DNA of 63,680 nt, filler included, from Choristocarpus tenellus KU-1152 (Eukaryota > Protista > Phaeophyceae): NCBI GenBank assembly GCA_964200185.2. It is 11 parts of 11 records of this genome, joined end to end, with 100 filler letters (N's around TTAATTAATTAA, not from the genome) between each part and the next. Parts side by side here need not be neighbours in the genome. Positions count along the whole stretch, not along the records: positions 59,778 to 63,680 come from CAXNAD020017229.1; 10 more parts are not named here. The stretch is one strand, 5' to 3'. Below, in pieces: positions 59,778 to 63,680 of this stretch; position 1 is the stretch's first letter; the number at the start of each line of letters is the position of its first letter. The notes below the pieces were generated by a model, which saw only the letters and a program-made list of their open reading frames with translations, was not told the origin of the DNA and did no database searches. A program made the position numbers and the translations under genes.

Positions 59778-62700
59778 GGAACGTGTTTTGTACTCTACCA
59801 AATCAATAGCAACACGTTGAAATGGTCTGTCAACGGGCATATGGCCAGTAGGAAGCGTAGGCTTCTTATGAGCAGTCTTACGTGTTTGGCATGCTTGACA
59901 ATCATGACACCATGTACGAGTATCGATATTGAATATTGACCACCAATACGAGTCTCTAACCTTATCGAACGTGGGTTTGAAACCTAAGTGACCTCTAGAC
60001 AATGCATGATCGTGACAAGGATGGAGTACAAGACGGACTAACGAGTGAGGAACGACCAACTGGTCTCTAAATGTGCTCCTCTTACGAAGATGGCCTGGTA
60101 AATACGAACGATACAGTAAGCCATTACGAAGGAAAAAATACGACATAGACGTCGTTGATTCCTTATCAGGCAGTGGGGCGACGTTGGGGGACTGCAAATA
60201 CCTGAAATATGGTCCGAACTCGGACTCCTGCTCCTTGCGCAATTGCTCCTGGTCCACTGAAGGAAATACGGTAGTGGAACTAGTAAATAGTTCACGATCA
60301 CTTTGGACGGGCGTTGCTTGGTCAAGGTTAGAAGCAGATAACTCATATTCATTTTGAACACGTGTGGCAAATGCACAATAGCCTTCAGGCACATTACGAC
60401 AGATTGGTGCCAGTATTGGAGCAACGGATTTCTCCTGTTCCTCAAACTTGAAAATACGAGATAGAGTATCAGGTATAACATTGAGCTTACCAGGCTTGTG
60501 CTTGACTTTGAAATCATACGCTTGAAAAGCAATAGCCCAACGAGTAAGCATGTTACTGGTATCCTGCATTCTATACAAGTAACACAATGCGGCATGATCT
60601 GTGATGCAGGTGAAGTGTCTACCCCAAAGATACGGTCGCCAATGCGTGATGGCTGTAACGACTGCATAACACTCTCTTAACGTAGCCGAATAATTACGTT
60701 GAGCTTCATTAAATTTCTTGCTGAAGTATGCAATGATACCTAGGTCTGCAGGATTATCGGATTGAGGTTGTGCTAAAAAACCTCCAGCACCACTCTCACT
60801 GGCATCAACATGGATGATGTATTCTTTGGTAAAGTCAGGAAACACGAGAACCGGGGCAGCAGTGAGTAATTGTTTTACTGTAAAAAATGCCACATCCTGG
60901 TCCAATCCCCTTTCTTTATCCTCTCTCTTATTGACACCTTTCTTAGTGAGAAGAACTAACGGTTCGTTTGCTGTGGCTAAGTTGGGTATGAATTTACGCA
61001 CAAAATTTATCATACCTAGGACAGATCGAAGTTCTTTGATGGTGGTGGGTTTGGGTAATTCAGTGATTGCACGGACACGATCCTCACCAATACGAATCCC
61101 TTCAGATGATAAAATGTGACCCAGGTAACATACTTCTTTGGGTCCAAACTGGATCTTTGACGGTTTCAAAGTTAAACCAGCTGCTTGTAACGCTTTGAAC
61201 TGCTGTTCTAGTAAATGTATATGTCCTTCCCATGTGGGAGAACAAGCAATCAGATCATCCATGTAAACTAGCAACCCACTCAATGGACCAAAGTTGGCAA
61301 AGGCTAAGGACATGATTCTTTGAAATTGCCAAGGGGTATTTGATATCCCAAAGGGCATCCTCTTAAAAACGTATTTGCCTCTAGACGTGACAAAAGCAGT
61401 TTTATCAATGTCATCCTCAGCAACAGGAATCTGTCAATATGCACTCTGAATATCGCAAACGGTGATAAATTTGGCACCCCCGACAGTATCAATATGAGAC
61501 TCTATATCAGGCATAGGCCAAGACTGTCGAACAAGGTGGTTGTTAACAGCTGACCTATAGTCTACACAGAATCGTGGGGAGCCATCAGATTTGGCCACAT
61601 TGGTGACAGGACTATCCCAAGGGCTGGCACGTTTTTCAATAATGCCTTGCTCTTCCATAGTATTAACACACGAGTCAATTCCTTGTTGAGTACGGGGGTT
61701 TGCTCTGTAAGGGTTCCTGTCAACAGGTTTGGTACCAGGCTCAATAGGAATTTCTGCTTCAGCTAGGGTACATCTGCCTAGTTCTGCTGTATTCAACGAA
61801 AATACCGATCTATAGCGAGCACAGAGGTCTAATAGCTGAGACACTTGTGACTGATTGAACGTGGTATCTTTGAATACGTTTGACTTGGTGAAGGCTTGAT
61901 GTAACTCTTCTCTACCTTTACTGAATGGAGCAGAATCCGTATTTAGAGCACTAGCAGTAATTGGTACCTGATCTGAAATAGGGGTTAAGTGACCTATCAC
62001 AAGATGCTTCCTGATAGGTACTTTCTGTGTTGTTGGATTCGCCATTTGAACCAATACTGATCTATTAATTGCTGACCAAATACTGAGAGTGCGAGCAGCT
62101 ACGATACGATTCCATGGATGTGTAGGTTCAGTGGTTTGATCTACAGCAGGCATGGAGTGTATGACTGGCTCCACTACTACGGCAGTATCCAATGATGGAC
62201 TAGTATCAGTGGTGCAACGTACGATGATTTCATGACCAGCTGGTATGTTATACGGCTTATGTACACGAACAGGTATAGGGTCAAAATCATGCTGCACACT
62301 CACCACAGAACACGAAGGAGTTGTACTTGTATCACGTACTTGAGTGAGACTCCTTGTCCTGTGCTGTCTTTCTGGAATGGTACACGAACTGTTGTGAAAT
62401 GAAAGACGTTGTTCTTGCCTATCAAGGATTGCACCGAATGCCTGCATGACACTATTATCCAGCAGAATTTTATCGGGACCAAGTTGAGGAATCACTAAAG
62501 CTTCAACTGGCAATGTAGTGTCACCAAGTGTAAGTGCAAAACGAATAAATCCACGAATATGCAAAGGTGAACCATTTGCTGCACGTTGAGGCTGTATAGG
62601 GCGACGTGTCTTGTGATCGTTTTGGTCTGTCAGTGTGCCCGGCTGTGGTAGGTGGACCCATCGACGACCGAGCTGGGGCCCTGTTGAGGGTTGCCTCCCC

Positions 62701-63680
62701 TACTCGGTGACGTCCCACCTCCGTACGGAGTCGTTGGCACTCTCGTTGTGATTGCTCGAGTTCGCTACGAGGAACCTGTCCGCGACGAGAATTGTGGGTC
62801 ACAGCTCTCGTATAAGTTATGGGGTTGGGGTTATGACCAGACAAATGGTTAGCTTCATGCCGTTTGACACGGTCACGAGCTTGCGTAAACGAGGTGGCGG
62901 GTTCGTCCCGAATCTGTTCAAGACGAACCGCGGGGAGTAAGCTATCCTCCATCAGCGTTATCGTGAGTTGCTCGACAAGTAAAGCTTTCGTGTCAGCTGC
63001 ATCTGAGGACGATGTTGTGCGATGAACATCATCCAAAAAACGATTCATTGCTATGGTGCAACGTAAAGTATATTGATCAACAGGCTCGTTCTCCCCCTGT
63101 TTCAAAGACGTCAGTCGATGAGCTAATACACTTACAGCACGGGCGGGAGTGAACGCAGTGATCAGGGCTTTCTGGACATCATCCCAAGTCTTTGTGGGTG
63201 TAATAGGGACGGGAGTGTCAAGAGACGATTGCAAACGAGCCAGATCCGTGGTTGAACGCCACTCTACTGTGCCTGCCAACGCCTGAAAATAAAAGGTTTC
63301 AGCTGGTCCTCGAAGAATTTTCGGTACAACTTCTACACATCGAGCAATGATTGTCTCAGGGGATGCGGAACCATGCTGCCTAGAGTGCAAGGAAATTGCC
63401 ACGTGCCATTTGGAAAACAAGAGTGGCAATTTTTCCTCTCCCGAACCTGTAATGACAAGGCCAGATGGAATCTCTGAAGCGGAAAACCTGAAACAACTCG
63501 CTTCTGACATTGATGATGGACGTGCGACACTGCTACTCTGTTCAACAGATCTTACTTGATCAGAGTCCATTCCCCGAGCTTGTAACTTCATCAAGTCATG
63601 AAGTCATTTGAAAACCCACTTGGAACCAATGGCCTTACGACCTAGAGGTACATCTGCAGCACTGAAGGTACCTGTGTCCA
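59778..63680 (-). mobile_element. Ty3/Gypsy LTR retrotransposon (gag, partial protease, RT, RNase H, integrase N-terminus), disabled
   Basis: Domain order PR-RT-RH-IN: LKQGENEPVDQY (gag), RFCVDYR, KTAFVT..RMPFG, YMDD, VDAS..RECYAV..TDHAAL, HDH..GH..CQAC and RPFQRVAIDL. In-frame TGA at 61434-61436 and a frame break near 62590. Confidence 0.96.

Overview
Eukaryotic, intron-rich, repeat-dense DNA. A stramenopile, probably a brown alga, is my inference from the short exons with long introns, TTAGGG-type repeats and the style of the Copia/Gypsy proteins. The window is not continuous: it is 11 small contigs joined by ten artificial 100-nt spacers (44 N + TTAATTAATTAA + 44 N), so adjacency across spacers means nothing. 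Host gene fragments: TSG101/VPS23 (5 exons, phases checked), a CRAL-TRIO/Sec14 gene (8 exons, one GC-AG intron), a Sel1-repeat gene, a C2HC zinc-finger terminal exon and several orphan exons. Retroelements: three Copia relics (two head-to-head) and a disabled Ty3/Gypsy. The main structure the ORF track does not explain is a set of about 26 short terminal-inverted-repeat (TIR) elements or ends (MITEs) in four internal-sequence families. All start 5'-G(A/G)N(C/T)(C/G)AAA. They leave a mixture of 3-bp and 4-bp target duplications (TSDs), and family A carries a conserved central palindrome. One family-D end opens a >1.7-kb insertion holding an ORF with Tudor-like motifs, my best candidate for part of the autonomous element. 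I found no CRISPR array, rRNA or intact tRNA.
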